Of a DNA stretch of 64,000 bases, positions 10,412 through 19,938 are shown piece after piece. Every line of letters starts with the position of its first letter. The first letter of the stretch is position 1. This DNA comes from Burkholderiales bacterium. GTDB lineage: Bacteria > Pseudomonadota > Gammaproteobacteria > Burkholderiales > SG8-39. Position numbers and translations under genes: made by a program. The notes below the pieces were generated by a model. That model saw only the letters and a program-made list of their open reading frames with translations, was not told where the DNA came from and did not search any database. The stretch is taken from contig JAVQZY010000025.1 in assembly GCA_033582675.1 (NCBI GenBank), positions 18,850 to 82,849 of the forward strand, written 5' to 3'.

Positions 10412-10970
10412 AGCCGGGGAAGGTAAATCCGGCGAACATGTTGCGCGCCTGCGCCTGCATCTGTTCCTGGAACTGCGCGAACATCTTCTGGCTCTGCTCG
10501 AGATAGGCCTGCATCAGGCTCTGCATCGCCGGCCCCTGCAGGTTCAGGAACTGCGTCCAGAGCTCCTGCGCGGCGCGCGAGCCTTCGCCGCCTGCCATCA
10601 TGCGCTGCGACTGCTCCTGCAGCGACTTCTGCAGTTCCTGGAACGCGCGCAGGTTCTTCTCCAGGTACGCGCCGAGAAAACCCTGCATCGCGTTGCCGTA
10701 GAAGCGGATGAGCTGCGAGAGGAGGTCGGAAGAAAAGAGCGGCTTTCCGGCCTGCTCCTCCTCCAGGATGATCTGCAGCAGGATCTGGCGGGTCAGCTCC
10801 TCCCCGGTGCGCGCATCGACCACCTGGAAGTCCTCCTGGCGCAGCACCATCTGCTTGACGTCGGCGAGCGTGATGTAGCTCGACGTCTTGGTGTCGTAGA
10901 GGCGCCGATTCGGGTACTTCTTGATGAGGCGCGTCTGCGCGTCGGTCTTCTCGCCGGGAATCGCCGCCAC
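10365..10970 (-). CDS. phaR: PHA synthesis repressor PhaR
   Basis: [42 protein letters not shown]. Confidence 0.95.
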   Translation of the reverse strand: MAAIPGEKTDAQTRLIKKYPNRRLYDTKTSSYITLADVKQMVLRQEDFQVVDARTGEELTRQILLQIILEEEQAGKPLFSSDLLSQLIRFYGNAMQGFLGAYLEKNLRAFQELQKSLQEQSQRMMAGGEGSRAAQELWTQFLNLQGPAMQSLMQAYLEQSQKMFAQFQEQMQAQARNMFAGFTFPGFAPPQQQNKPEGDGK

Positions 10971-10979
10971 CGGAGCCTC

Positions 10980-11726
10980 CTAGTACATGTGCTGGCCGCC
11001 GTTGATCGAGATGTTGGCGCCGGTCACGAACGCCGCCTCGTCGGAGCACAGGTAGATGACCAGGCCGGCCACTTCCTCCGGCCGCCCGAGGCGTCCGACC
11101 GGGATCTGCGGCAGGATCTTCGTGTCCAGGATGTCCTTCGGGATCGCGGTCACCATCTTCGTGCCGATGTAGCCCGGCGAGATCGTGTTGACGGTCACCC
11201 CCTTTTTCGCGACCTCCAGCGCGAGCGCCTTGGTGAAGCCGTGCATGCCCGCCTTGGCCGCCGAGTAGTTGGTCTGACCGAACGCGCCCTTCTGGCCGTT
11301 GACCGACGAGATGTTGATCACCCGCCCCCAGCCGCGCTCGACCATGCCGTCGAGCACCTGCTTGGTCATGTTGAACACCGAATCGAGATTGGTGCGGATG
11401 ACCGCGTCCCAATCGGCCTTCGTCATCTTCTTGAACGTCATGTCGCGCGTGATGCCGGCGTTGTTGATGAGGATATCCACCGGCCCGACCTCGCGCTGGA
11501 TGCGCTCGCACTTGGCGGCGCAGTCCTCGTAGGAGGTGACGTCGATCGGATACGCGGCGAACTGATAGCCGCGGCTCTTCATGCCGTCCAGCCACTCCTT
11601 CCACTTCGTGTTCGACGGCGAGTACGTCACCACCACCCGGTAGCCGGCATCGGCCATCTTGGTCGATATCGACTCGCCGAGCCCTCCCATACCGCCGGTC
11701 ACGATCGCCAAACGCTGCTGTGCCAT
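10980..11726 (-). CDS. phaB: Acetoacetyl-CoA reductase
   Basis: TGGMGGLG, NNAGITRD, SSVNGQKGAFGQTNYSAAKAG, SPGYIGT. Confidence 0.9.
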   Translation of the reverse strand: MAQQRLAIVTGGMGGLGESISTKMADAGYRVVVTYSPSNTKWKEWLDGMKSRGYQFAAYPIDVTSYEDCAAKCERIQREVGPVDILINNAGITRDMTFKKMTKADWDAVIRTNLDSVFNMTKQVLDGMVERGWGRVINISSVNGQKGAFGQTNYSAAKAGMHGFTKALALEVAKKGVTVNTISPGYIGTKMVTAIPKDILDTKILPQIPVGRLGRPEEVAGLVIYLCSDEAAFVTGANISINGGQHMY

Positions 11727-11758
11727 CGCCCTCTCCCGCTCACGTCTCGATCAGTCTA

Positions 11759-12565
11759 CTACATCATGTGCAGGCCGCCGTTCACCGAGATGTTCGCCCC
11801 GGTGATGTAGCCGGCGTCCTCGGAGGCGAGGAACGCCACCACCGCCGCCACCTCGTCCGGACGCGCAAGCCGCCCCATCGGGATCGAGGCGATGATGCGC
11901 TCGCGGATGTCCGGGCGGATCGCCATCACCATGTCGGTCTCGACGTAGCCGGGCGAGACGGTGTTCACGGTGACGCCCTTCTTCACCACTTCTTGCGCGA
12001 GCGCCTTGGCGAAACCGAGCATGCCCGCTTTCGCGGCGGAGTAGTTCGTCTGGCCGAACTGACCCTTGATCGCGTTCACCGACGAGATGTTGATGATCCG
12101 CCCCCAGCCGCGCTCCATCATGCCGTCGACCACCTGCCGCGTGACGTTGAACACGCTGTTCAGGTTGGTGTTGATCACCGCCACCCAGTCTTCCTCGGTC
12201 ATGCGCCTGAAGAGCGCGTCGCGCGTGATGCCGGCGTTGTTGACGAGGATCTCGACCGGGCCGACCACCGAGCGCACGCGGTAGAACATCTCGGCGCAGG
12301 ACTCGAAGTCCGAGACGTCGCCTTCGGCGGCGTGCACGCGGTAACCTTCGGCGCGCATTTTCGCGAGCCACTCGTCCTTCTTTTCGTAGCCGGGAAGGCA
12401 GCCGGCGACCACCGTGTGGCCCTGCGCGGCGAGGCGCCGGCAGATCGCGGTGCCGATCCCGCCCATGCCGCCGGAGACGAACGCGACGCGCCGCACTACC
12501 TCGGCGCGCGCCGTCCGCTCCGGCCGGACCTCGTCGTCGGTACACTCCATGTCCTGCATCGTCAT
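11759..12565 (-). CDS. phaB: Second acetoacetyl-CoA reductase paralogue with N-terminal extension
   Basis: SGGMGGIGTAIC, NNAGITRD, KGQFGQTNYSAAKAG, NGGLHM. Follows phaA with SD GGAGAAGG. Confidence 0.85.
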   Translation of the reverse strand: MTMQDMECTDDEVRPERTARAEVVRRVAFVSGGMGGIGTAICRRLAAQGHTVVAGCLPGYEKKDEWLAKMRAEGYRVHAAEGDVSDFESCAEMFYRVRSVVGPVEILVNNAGITRDALFRRMTEEDWVAVINTNLNSVFNVTRQVVDGMMERGWGRIINISSVNAIKGQFGQTNYSAAKAGMLGFAKALAQEVVKKGVTVNTVSPGYVETDMVMAIRPDIRERIIASIPMGRLARPDEVAAVVAFLASEDAGYITGANISVNGGLHMM

Positions 12566-12584
12566 CGCACCTTCTCCTTCCTGG

Positions 12585-13760
12585 TCAGCGTTCCACGGCG
12601 AGCGCGACGCCCATGCCCCCGCCGATGCAGAGCGACGCGAGCCCGCGCTTTGCGTCGCGCCGCGCCATCTCGTAGAGCAGCGTCACGAGAATGCGGCAGC
12701 CCGAGGCGCCGATCGGGTGACCGAGCGCGATCGCACCGCCGTTTACGTTCACCTTGCTCGTGTCCCAGCCCATCTGCCGGTTGACCGCGATCGCCTGCGC
12801 GGCGAACGCCTCGTTGATCTCCATCAGATCGAGGTCCTTCGGCTCCCAGCCGGCGCGGGCGAGGCACCGGCGCGAGGCCGGCACCGGCCCCATGCCCATG
12901 TATTTCGGATCGAGACCGGCCGAGGCGTAGGCCTTTACGCGCGCAAGCGGCGCAAGGCCCAGTTCTTCCGCCTTGCGGCGGCTCGCGAGCACCACCGCTG
13001 CCGCCCCGTCGTTGATCCCGGAGGCGTTGCCCGCGGTCACCGTCCCGTTCTTGTCGAATGCGGGCTTGAGCGCCCGCAGCGCCTCGAGCGTCGTGCCGGG
13101 GCGCGGATACTCGTCCTCCGCGAAGATGACGGTCCCCTTTCGTCCGGGGACCTCGACCGGGACCACCTCGTCGCGAAAGCGCCCGCTCTTTAACGCCGCC
13201 TCGGCCTTCTGCTGGCTCGCGAGCGCGAACTCGTCCTGCTCCTCGCGCGTGACCGCGTACTCCTTCGCGACGTTCTCGGCGGTGATGCCCATGTGGTACT
13301 GGTTGAACGCGTCCCAGAGACCGTCGACGATCATCGAGTCGAGGAGCTTGCCATCGCCCATGCGAAAGCCCTCGCGCGAGCCCGGGAGCACGTGCGGCGC
13401 GGCGCTCATGTTTTCCTGCCCGCCGGCGACCACGATGTCGGCGTCGCCCTGCGCGATCGCTTGCGCCCCGAGCATCACCGCCTTCAGGCCCGAGCCACAG
13501 ACCTTGTTGATCGTCATCGCGGGCACCCGGTCCGGAATTCCTGCCTTGATCGACGCCTGGCGCCCGGGGTTCTGACCGGCGCCGGCGGTGAGCACCTGTC
13601 CCATGATCACCTCGGACACCTGATCGGGCGCGACGCCTGCGCGCTTGAGCGCCTCGCGGATCGCGACGGCGCCGAGGTCCGCCGCGGGCACTTTCGCGAG
13701 CGTGCCGCCGAATCTTCCGATCGCGGTACGCGCCGCACCGACGATGACGACTTCTTCCAT
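12585..13760 (-). CDS. phaA: Acetyl-CoA acetyltransferase
   Basis: [44 protein letters not shown]. Confidence 0.93.
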   Translation of the reverse strand: MEEVVIVGAARTAIGRFGGTLAKVPAADLGAVAIREALKRAGVAPDQVSEVIMGQVLTAGAGQNPGRQASIKAGIPDRVPAMTINKVCGSGLKAVMLGAQAIAQGDADIVVAGGQENMSAAPHVLPGSREGFRMGDGKLLDSMIVDGLWDAFNQYHMGITAENVAKEYAVTREEQDEFALASQQKAEAALKSGRFRDEVVPVEVPGRKGTVIFAEDEYPRPGTTLEALRALKPAFDKNGTVTAGNASGINDGAAAVVLASRRKAEELGLAPLARVKAYASAGLDPKYMGMGPVPASRRCLARAGWEPKDLDLMEINEAFAAQAIAVNRQMGWDTSKVNVNGGAIALGHPIGASGCRILVTLLYEMARRDAKRGLASLCIGGGMGVALAVER

Positions 13761-13761
13761 G

Positions 13762-15564
13762 TCAGCCTCCTTGTGGTCGCGCTTTTTCCTTGACGTAGCG
13801 TCCGGGCGCGGGCTCGATCGGCCGATAGCGCGCCGAGCCGGTGCGCTCGGGCGCCGGCCGCAGGCCGCCGCGATGCGCATCGAGCCACTTCGCCCAGACC
13901 TTCCACCAGCTTCCCGGTCGCTCCTTTGCGCCGGCGAGCCAAGCCTCCGGGTCTTGCGGGTAGTCGCCCGCCTCGCCGATCCAGTAGCTGCGCCGGTCGG
14001 TCGCTGCCGGGTTGACGACGCCGGCGACGTGGCCGCTCGCGCCGAGCACGAACGTCTTTTCTCCCCCGAGCAGGTAGAGCGACCGGTACGCCGAGCGCCA
14101 GGGCACGATGTGGTCTTCGCGCGTCGCGAGCACGAAGCTCGGTCGCTCGATCCGTCGCAGATCCACCGGCACGCCGCAGCACACCAGTCCGCCCGGCTCG
14201 CGCAGGCGGTTTTCGAGATAAGTGCTGCGCACGTACTGGCAGTACATCGGCCCGGGCAGGTTGGTGCTGTCGGCGTTCCAGTAAAGGAAATCGAAGGCGG
14301 GCGGATCGATCCCCTTCAGGTAGTTGTTCACCACGTACGGCCAGACGAGGTCGTTTGCGCGCAGCGCCGAGAACACGAAGGCGAGCTCGGCCCCCGACAG
14401 GATGCCGCCTGCCCCGATCGTCGCCTCGCGCATTCGCACGCTCTGCTCGTCGACGAACAGGCCGAGCTCGCCCGGCTCTTCGAAGTCGAGCAGCGTCGTC
14501 AGCAAGGTCACCGATTCGACCGCGTCTTCGCCGCGCGCCGCCATCACCGCGAGCGCCGCGGCAAGAAGCGTCCCGCCGACGCAGAACCCGAGCGCGTTCG
14601 CGCGCTCGGCGCCGGCGATCTCGCGCGCGACCCGGAGCGCTTCGAAGACGCCGAGCCGCACATAGTCGTCCCAGCCGAAACCGCCCTGCGCGGGCCCGAC
14701 GTTGCGCCAGGACACCATGAACACCGTATGGCCCTCGCCCACCGCGTAGCGCACGAACGAGTTTTCCGGGCGAAGGTCGAGGATGTAGTACTTGTTGATG
14801 CAGGGCGGCACCATCACGAGCGGCCGCGCCGAGACCTTGGGCGTCGTCGGTGCGTACTGGATGAGCTGCATCAGCTCGTTTTCGTACACGACGTCGCCGG
14901 GCGTCACCGCGAGGTTGCCGCCCACCTCGAAGGCCGACTCGTCGGTCTGGCGGATGCGGCCGGCGCGCACGTCCGCGATCAGGTTCGCGAGCCCGCGCGC
15001 GAGCGACTCGCCGCGCGAGGCGAGCGCCGCGCGCAGCACCTCCGGGTTGGTGGCGGCGAAATTGGCCGGGCTGAGCGCATCCACCCACTGCCGCACCGCA
15101 AAGCGCAGCCGCTCTTTCGCCTTGCCTTCAAGCTCTGCGGCCTCCACCGCTTCGGCGGCGAACCGCACCGCGAGCAGGTACGAGCGCCAGAGGTATTCGT
15201 AATACGGGTTCTCGCGCCATTCGCGCGCGGCGAACCGACGGTCGCCGGCGCGGGGCTGCGGCACATCGGGCGAACGTCCGGAAAGTAGCGCGCTCCAGAG
15301 CGTCGCCTGCGCCTCCCCCCAGCGGCGCTGTATCTGCGCGAGCTTTTCCGGATTGCGCGCGAACGCGGGCGCCCACAATGCCGCCTCCCCGTGCGCGCCG
15401 AACGCGGCCGCCATCTCCGCAAGCGGCATCCAACCCTGCGTCACCTGGTTCGCCGCGCCGGCGATCGCGCGAAGCACCGCGTCGGCCGGGCTGCCGGATT
15501 GAGGAATGAGGCTATTCAGCGCTTTTATCCGACTACGCTCGAAGCGTCGGATTTTGCGCCGCAC
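13762..15564 (-). CDS. phaC: Class I PHA synthase (true start probably downstream of 15564)
   Basis: [12 protein letters not shown], lipase box [34 protein letters not shown]. Confidence 0.95.
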   Translation of the reverse strand: MRRKIRRFERSRIKALNSLIPQSGSPADAVLRAIAGAANQVTQGWMPLAEMAAAFGAHGEAALWAPAFARNPEKLAQIQRRWGEAQATLWSALLSGRSPDVPQPRAGDRRFAAREWRENPYYEYLWRSYLLAVRFAAEAVEAAELEGKAKERLRFAVRQWVDALSPANFAATNPEVLRAALASRGESLARGLANLIADVRAGRIRQTDESAFEVGGNLAVTPGDVVYENELMQLIQYAPTTPKVSARPLVMVPPCINKYYILDLRPENSFVRYAVGEGHTVFMVSWRNVGPAQGGFGWDDYVRLGVFEALRVAREIAGAERANALGFCVGGTLLAAALAVMAARGEDAVESVTLLTTLLDFEEPGELGLFVDEQSVRMREATIGAGGILSGAELAFVFSALRANDLVWPYVVNNYLKGIDPPAFDFLYWNADSTNLPGPMYCQYVRSTYLENRLREPGGLVCCGVPVDLRRIERPSFVLATREDHIVPWRSAYRSLYLLGGEKTFVLGASGHVAGVVNPAATDRRSYWIGEAGDYPQDPEAWLAGAKERPGSWWKVWAKWLDAHRGGLRPAPERTGSARYRPIEPAPGRYVKEKARPQGG

Positions 15565-15580
15565 AAACCCGGTGAGTCAA
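15551..15580 (-). promoter_or_regulatory. Candidate phaC promoter with overlapping PhaR-type TGC-N3-GCA site
   Basis: Minus strand TTGACT (15580-15575), 18-nt spacer, CAAAAT (15556-15551). TGCGGCGCA at 15563-15555. Confidence 0.45.
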
Positions 15581-15639
15581 TCGGAAGAACGAATCGTTGC
15601 GCCAGACCCCGCCCGCGGCGCGCAGGCAGGGCGCTCGCC

Positions 15640-16407
15640 TCAGTGCGAATGCCCGACGAGCGCTCCGGCGACGAGCACGCTGCCGATGCCGGCGGCGATC
15701 AGCGCGATCTGCGCGAACGTCGCGCCGAGCTCGGGCCGCCGGTGCAGCCCCGGAATCAGGTCGGCCACCGCGACGTAGATCATGCTCGCGGCGACGAAGC
15801 CGAGCATCGCCGGCTCCCAGCCGGCGAAAAGCGGCAGCGCAAAATAGCCGATCACGCCGCCCGCGAGCGTCGCGAACGAGGACGCGAGGTTCGCCGCGAG
15901 CGCCTTCGCTTTCGACCAGCCCGAGTGCAGCAGGATGAGGAAGTCGCCCACCTCCTGGGGAATTTCGTGCGCGACGATCGCGAGCGCGGTGACGACGCCG
16001 AGTTCGGTGCTCTGCAGGAACGCGGCGGCGATCAGCACGCCGTCGAGAAAATTGTGCGCGGTGTCGCCGACCACGATCAGCGTCGCCGCGCGGCCGCGAT
16101 CGTTCGGCGCCGCGTGCCGGTCGTGCGCCTCGCAGTCCTCGGCATGGCAATGGCGCCAAAGGAGAAGCTTCTCCAGCGCGAAGAACGCGAGGATGCCGCC
16201 GAGGATCGCGGCGGCGACGCTGTGGGGCTCGCCGTGCTCGAACGCGTGAGGAAGGATTTCGAGGAACGCCGCCCCGAGGAGCGTGCCGATCGCGAAAGAC
16301 ACGAGCATCGGCACCCAGGAGGCGCGCAGCGCGAGCGCGAGCGCCGCCGCGCCGGCCGAGAGCGTTCCGCCGGCCACGCTCGCCGCGACGATGAAGCCGA
16401 GCGTCAT
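15640..16407 (-). CDS. ZIP-family divalent metal transporter
   Basis: Multiple TM helices, His-rich loop WRHCHAEDCEAHDRH, HNFLDG, HEIPQEVGDF. TAGAAT 11 nt upstream. Confidence 0.9.
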   Translation of the reverse strand: MTLGFIVAASVAGGTLSAGAAALALALRASWVPMLVSFAIGTLLGAAFLEILPHAFEHGEPHSVAAAILGGILAFFALEKLLLWRHCHAEDCEAHDRHAAPNDRGRAATLIVVGDTAHNFLDGVLIAAAFLQSTELGVVTALAIVAHEIPQEVGDFLILLHSGWSKAKALAANLASSFATLAGGVIGYFALPLFAGWEPAMLGFVAASMIYVAVADLIPGLHRRPELGATFAQIALIAAGIGSVLVAGALVGHSH

Positions 16408-16430
16408 CGGGGGCGCGGATTCTACGCCAG

Positions 16431-17135
16431 TCACCGTCGCCCGCCTCGGGCGAGCCAGACGAGCGCCGCCATGCGCGCGCTCGTGCGCTCGCGGCGCCAG
16501 GAAAAGAACCGCGTCGCCTCGGCGTAGGTGCAGAACCCGCCGCCGAAGACGCGCTCGACGCCTGCGGCGGCAAGGCGCCGGCGCGCCGCGGCGTAGAGGT
16601 CGAGCCGCCAGTGGCCCGGCCGCGAGGGCGCGAACGCCGCCGCGAGCGCCCGATCGCGCGCGACGAACGCCGCGCGCACCTCCTCGCCCACCTCGTAGGC
16701 GAGCGGACCGATCGCCGGGCCGAGCCAGGCGAGGAGCCGCGCCGGCGGCGCGCCGATCGCCGCGACCGTCGCCTCGATCACCCCGGCGGCAAGGCCGCGC
16801 CAGCCGGCGTGCGCGACGCCGACCACGCTCGCGTCATCGGCCGCAAGGAGCACCGGCAGACAGTCGGCCATCCGCACCGCGCACACCACGTCCGGCGCGC
16901 GCGCAAAGCTCGCGTCGGCGCGCGCGCCCGCGGTCTGGGGCCCGGCCTCGACCACCGCCGCGCCGTGCACCTGCTCGAGCCACACCGGCTCGGCCGGAAG
17001 CCGCGCGCGCAGCCGCGCGCGCGCGGCCGGCTCGGCGAGGTCGCCGAGCGCGCGCGTCGTGACGAGCGCGCGCACGCGCTCGGGCGCCGGCCAATCGGGC
17101 ACGAGCACCTCAGGCGTCGCGTCGCAGTTGCGCAA
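16431..17135 (-). CDS. pgeF: YfiH/PgeF family protein
   Basis: WLEQVHG, ADCLPVL, AHAGWRGL, LGPAIGP, FFSWRR. Directly after rluD. Confidence 0.9.
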   Translation of the reverse strand: MRNCDATPEVLVPDWPAPERVRALVTTRALGDLAEPAARARLRARLPAEPVWLEQVHGAAVVEAGPQTAGARADASFARAPDVVCAVRMADCLPVLLAADDASVVGVAHAGWRGLAAGVIEATVAAIGAPPARLLAWLGPAIGPLAYEVGEEVRAAFVARDRALAAAFAPSRPGHWRLDLYAAARRRLAAAGVERVFGGGFCTYAEATRFFSWRRERTSARMAALVWLARGGRR

Positions 17136-18069
17136 GCAGCCTCTTCATGTCGGCCGGGAGCGGCGCGCGAAACCGCATGCGCCGGCCGCTCGACGGATGG
17201 TCGAATTCGAGCATCTCGGCGTGCAGCGCCTGGCGCGCGAACGGGATCCGGTGGCGCGTGCCGCGCCGATACACCGGGTCGCCGACGAGCGGGTGGCGGA
17301 TGTGCTGCAGATGCACGCGGATCTGGTGCGTGCGGCCGGTCTCGAGCGTGCACTCGAGGAGCGCCGCATGCCCGAAGCGTTCGAGCACCCGGTAGCGGGT
17401 GAGCGCGGGCTTTCCGCCGTGGGCGACCGTCATGCGCGTGCGCACGCGTCGGTCGCGCCCGATCGGCGCGTCGATCGTTCCCGCCGCGGGCGGATCGCCC
17501 TCGACGAGCGCGAGGTAGCGGCGCCGCACGCTGCGCGCGGCCAGTTGCGCTGCAAGGCGCGCCTGCGCGGCGACATTTTTGGCTACGACGACCAGCCCGC
17601 TCGTGTCCTTGTCGAGCCTGTGCACGATGCCGGCGCGCGGCACCGCGCGCAGCCCCGGCGCGTGCGCAAGGAGCGCATTGAGGAGCGTGCCTTCGGGATT
17701 TCCCGCCCCCGGGTGCACGACGAGCCCCGCCGGCTTGTCGATCACGATCACGTCGTCGTCCTCGTACACGATGCGAAGGCGCATCTTCTGCGCAGGCGGG
17801 TGCGCCGCATCCGGCGCGGGCGGCGGAGCGAGCGCGATGCGCTCGCCGCCTGCCACCGGGGCGCTCGCGCGCGCCGGCGCCCCTTCGACGCGCACGTGGC
17901 CGGCGCGCAGCCACGCTTGCAGGCGGTTGCGCGAATACTGCGGAAAGAGGCGCACGAGCGCTTGATCGAGCCGCAGACCGGCGAGCGCGCGCGGCACCTC
18001 GGCCGCAAGAGGCGCGACGAACGCCGCCTCCCAGTCGGCCTCGTCGCCGGGCGTATAATTTTTGCGCAT
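17110..18069 (-). CDS. rluD: 23S rRNA pseudouridine synthase RluD
   Basis: S4 domain RLDQAL, KPAGLVVHP, catalytic HRLDKDTSG, ETGRTHQIRVH. Divergent from bamD. Confidence 0.93.
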   Translation of the reverse strand: MRKNYTPGDEADWEAAFVAPLAAEVPRALAGLRLDQALVRLFPQYSRNRLQAWLRAGHVRVEGAPARASAPVAGGERIALAPPPAPDAAHPPAQKMRLRIVYEDDDVIVIDKPAGLVVHPGAGNPEGTLLNALLAHAPGLRAVPRAGIVHRLDKDTSGLVVVAKNVAAQARLAAQLAARSVRRRYLALVEGDPPAAGTIDAPIGRDRRVRTRMTVAHGGKPALTRYRVLERFGHAALLECTLETGRTHQIRVHLQHIRHPLVGDPVYRRGTRHRIPFARQALHAEMLEFDHPSSGRRMRFRAPLPADMKRLLAQLRRDA

Positions 18070-18082
18070 GACGCGCAGTCTA
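18054..18082. promoter_or_regulatory. Overlapping face-to-face -10 elements for bamD and rluD
   Basis: TATAAT (+, 18054-18059) and TAGACT (-, 18082-18077) flank CATG 18067-18070, which holds both start codons. Confidence 0.55.
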
Positions 18083-18874
18083 CTCGTGCCGCTCGCCGCG
18101 GCGGCGGCGCTTGCGCTCGGCGCCTGCGCCTGGCTTCCGAAGGACGACGACACCGCCGGCTGGTCGGCGCAGCGCCTCTACGGCGAGGCGAAGGACGCGA
18201 TGGCCGCAAAAAACTGGGAGCGGGCGATCAAGCTGCTCGAAAAGCTCGAGGCGCGCTACCCCTACGGACGCTTCGCGCAGCAGGCGCAGATCGAAATCGC
18301 GTACGCGTACTGGAAGAACGGCGAGCGCGCCTCGGCGCTCGCAGCCGCCGACCGGTTCATCAAGCTCTACCCGAACCACCCCAATCTCGACTACGTCTAC
18401 TACCTGAAGGGTCTCGTCAACTTCAACGAGAACACCGGGCTGCTCGGCGCGCTCGATGCGGCCGACATGACCGAGCGCGACCCCAAGGGGGCGCGCGAGG
18501 CGTTCGAGGCGTTCCGCGAGGTGGTGACGCGCTTTCCGGAATCCAAGTACCGCGATGACGCCGTCGCGCGCATGCGCTGGCTGGTGAACGCGCTCGCGCA
18601 GCACGAGGTACATGTCGCGCGCTATTACATGAAGCGCGGCGCGTACGTCGCGGCCGCGAACCGCGCGCAGTACGCGGTGCAGCACTACCCGCAGGCGCCG
18701 GCGATCGAGGAAGCGGTGTTCATCATGGTGAAGGCCTACGACGCGCTCGGCATGATCGAGCTTCGCGACGCGGCCGAGCGCGTGATGCGCATGAACTTTC
18801 CCGACAGCAAGTACCTCACCGGGCGCGTGCAGCGCAACGTGCCCTGGTGGAAGCTCTGGGATCCCGACTGGTAG
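18068..18874 (+). CDS. bamD: Outer membrane protein assembly lipoprotein BamD
   Basis: Lipobox LGAC, TPR motifs LEARYPYGRFAQQAQ, DYVYYLKGL, VARYYMKRGAYVAAANRA. Confidence 0.95.
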   Translation: MTRSLLVPLAAAAALALGACAWLPKDDDTAGWSAQRLYGEAKDAMAAKNWERAIKLLEKLEARYPYGRFAQQAQIEIAYAYWKNGERASALAAADRFIKLYPNHPNLDYVYYLKGLVNFNENTGLLGALDAADMTERDPKGAREAFEAFREVVTRFPESKYRDDAVARMRWLVNALAQHEVHVARYYMKRGAYVAAANRAQYAVQHYPQAPAIEEAVFIMVKAYDALGMIELRDAAERVMRMNFPDSKYLTGRVQRNVPWWKLWDPDW

Positions 18875-18952
18875 GCCCTCCGCCGTCGCCGGTGCGCCGG
18901 CATCGGATTGTGCCGTCGGCGAGCGGCACCGGCGCGAAGCGCGGCGCCGTCG

Positions 18953-19906
18953 TCAATCGAGACGAATGCCTTCGTCTGCGATGTAGTCGCGGATCACCGT
19001 CTCGACATCCGGGTCTGCGCGAAAGCCCATCGCGAACGCGCGCGGCGTGCGAAAGCGCGCGGGCCAGGTGCGCACGATCGCCTGGATGCGGGGATCGGCG
19101 CGTAGCGTACGCGCGCGGCGACCCGCGCGCCCGCGACGCGCGCGAGCGCGCCGACCATCTCGGCCACCGTCGCGGAGATGCCCGGAAGGTCGACGACGCG
19201 GTCGACGCCCCAGACTTCGGGCGGCGAGTCGTGCGCCAGAACGAGCGCCTCGACCACCCGCCGCGGCGAGAGCAGCCAGACCGCGGTCTGCGGCCCGACC
19301 GGGCAGTCGTAGTCGATCCCGGCGAGCGGCTCGCGGATGATCGCGCTCGCGAACGAGGACGCGGCCGCGTTCGGCTTGCCCGGGCGCACGACGACGGTCG
19401 GCAGCCGCAGCGCGCGGCCGTCGACGAACCCTTTGCGCGTGTAGTCGGCGAGCAGGTATTCGCCGATCACCTTCTGCGTGCCGTAGGAGGCTCTGGGGGT
19501 GCGGCGTGGTCGCATCGTCCAGCACCGGCGGAAGTTCGCCGCCGAAGGCGGCGACCGAGCTCGTGTAGACGACGCGCGGCGGACGCGCGCAGCCGCGCAG
19601 CCGCTCAAGCAGCAGCCGCATGCCCTCGAGGTTCACCCGGTAGCCGAGGTCGAAGTCCGCCTCGGCGGCGCCGCTCACCACCGCGGCGAGGTGAAACACT
19701 GCGGCGGTGTCGAGCGTCACCGCGGCTGCGAGCGCGCGCGCATCGGCGATATCGCCGCGCACCGCCTCAAGGCGCGGGTCCTGCGGAAGCTGCGGCGGAA
19801 ACGCGGTGTCGAACAGGACGAGCCGCGACACGTCGTCGCGCGAAAGGAGCGCGCGCGCGAGCCGCAGGCCGAGAAATCCGCCGCCTCCGGTGACCACCAC
19901 TCTCAT
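18953..19906 (-). CDS. denD: NAD-dependent epimerase/dehydratase, D-erythronate dehydrogenase-like (compensating indels near 19487 and 19105)
   Basis: TGGGGFLG, HLAAVVSGAAEADFDLGYRVN, SYGTQK, RPGKPNAAASSFAS, IVRTWP. Confidence 0.75.
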   Translation of the reverse strand: MRVVVTGGGGFLGLRLARALLSRDDVSRLVLFDTAFPPQLPQDPRLEAVRGDIADARALAAAVTLDTAAVFHLAAVVSGAAEADFDLGYRVNLEGMRLLLERLRGCARPPRVVYTSSVAAFGGELPPVLDDATTPHPQSLLRHAEGDRRIPARRLHAQRVRRRPRAAAADRRRAPGQAERGRVLVRERDHPRAARRDRLRLPGRAADRGLAALAAAGGRGARSGARLAARSLGRRPRRRPSGHLRDGGRDGRRARARRGRAGRRARTLRADPRIQAIVRTWPARFRTPRAFAMGFRADPDVETVIRDYIADEGIRLD

Positions 19907-19938
19907 CGCGCGAGGCTCCGGCCGATGTTCGCGCAATT

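Noticed and set aside
18875-18952. Imperfect inverted repeat CGCCGGTGC...GCACCGGCG between convergent bamD and denD as a REP element
   Set aside because: No second copy noticed in the window. At most a bidirectional terminator-like hairpin.
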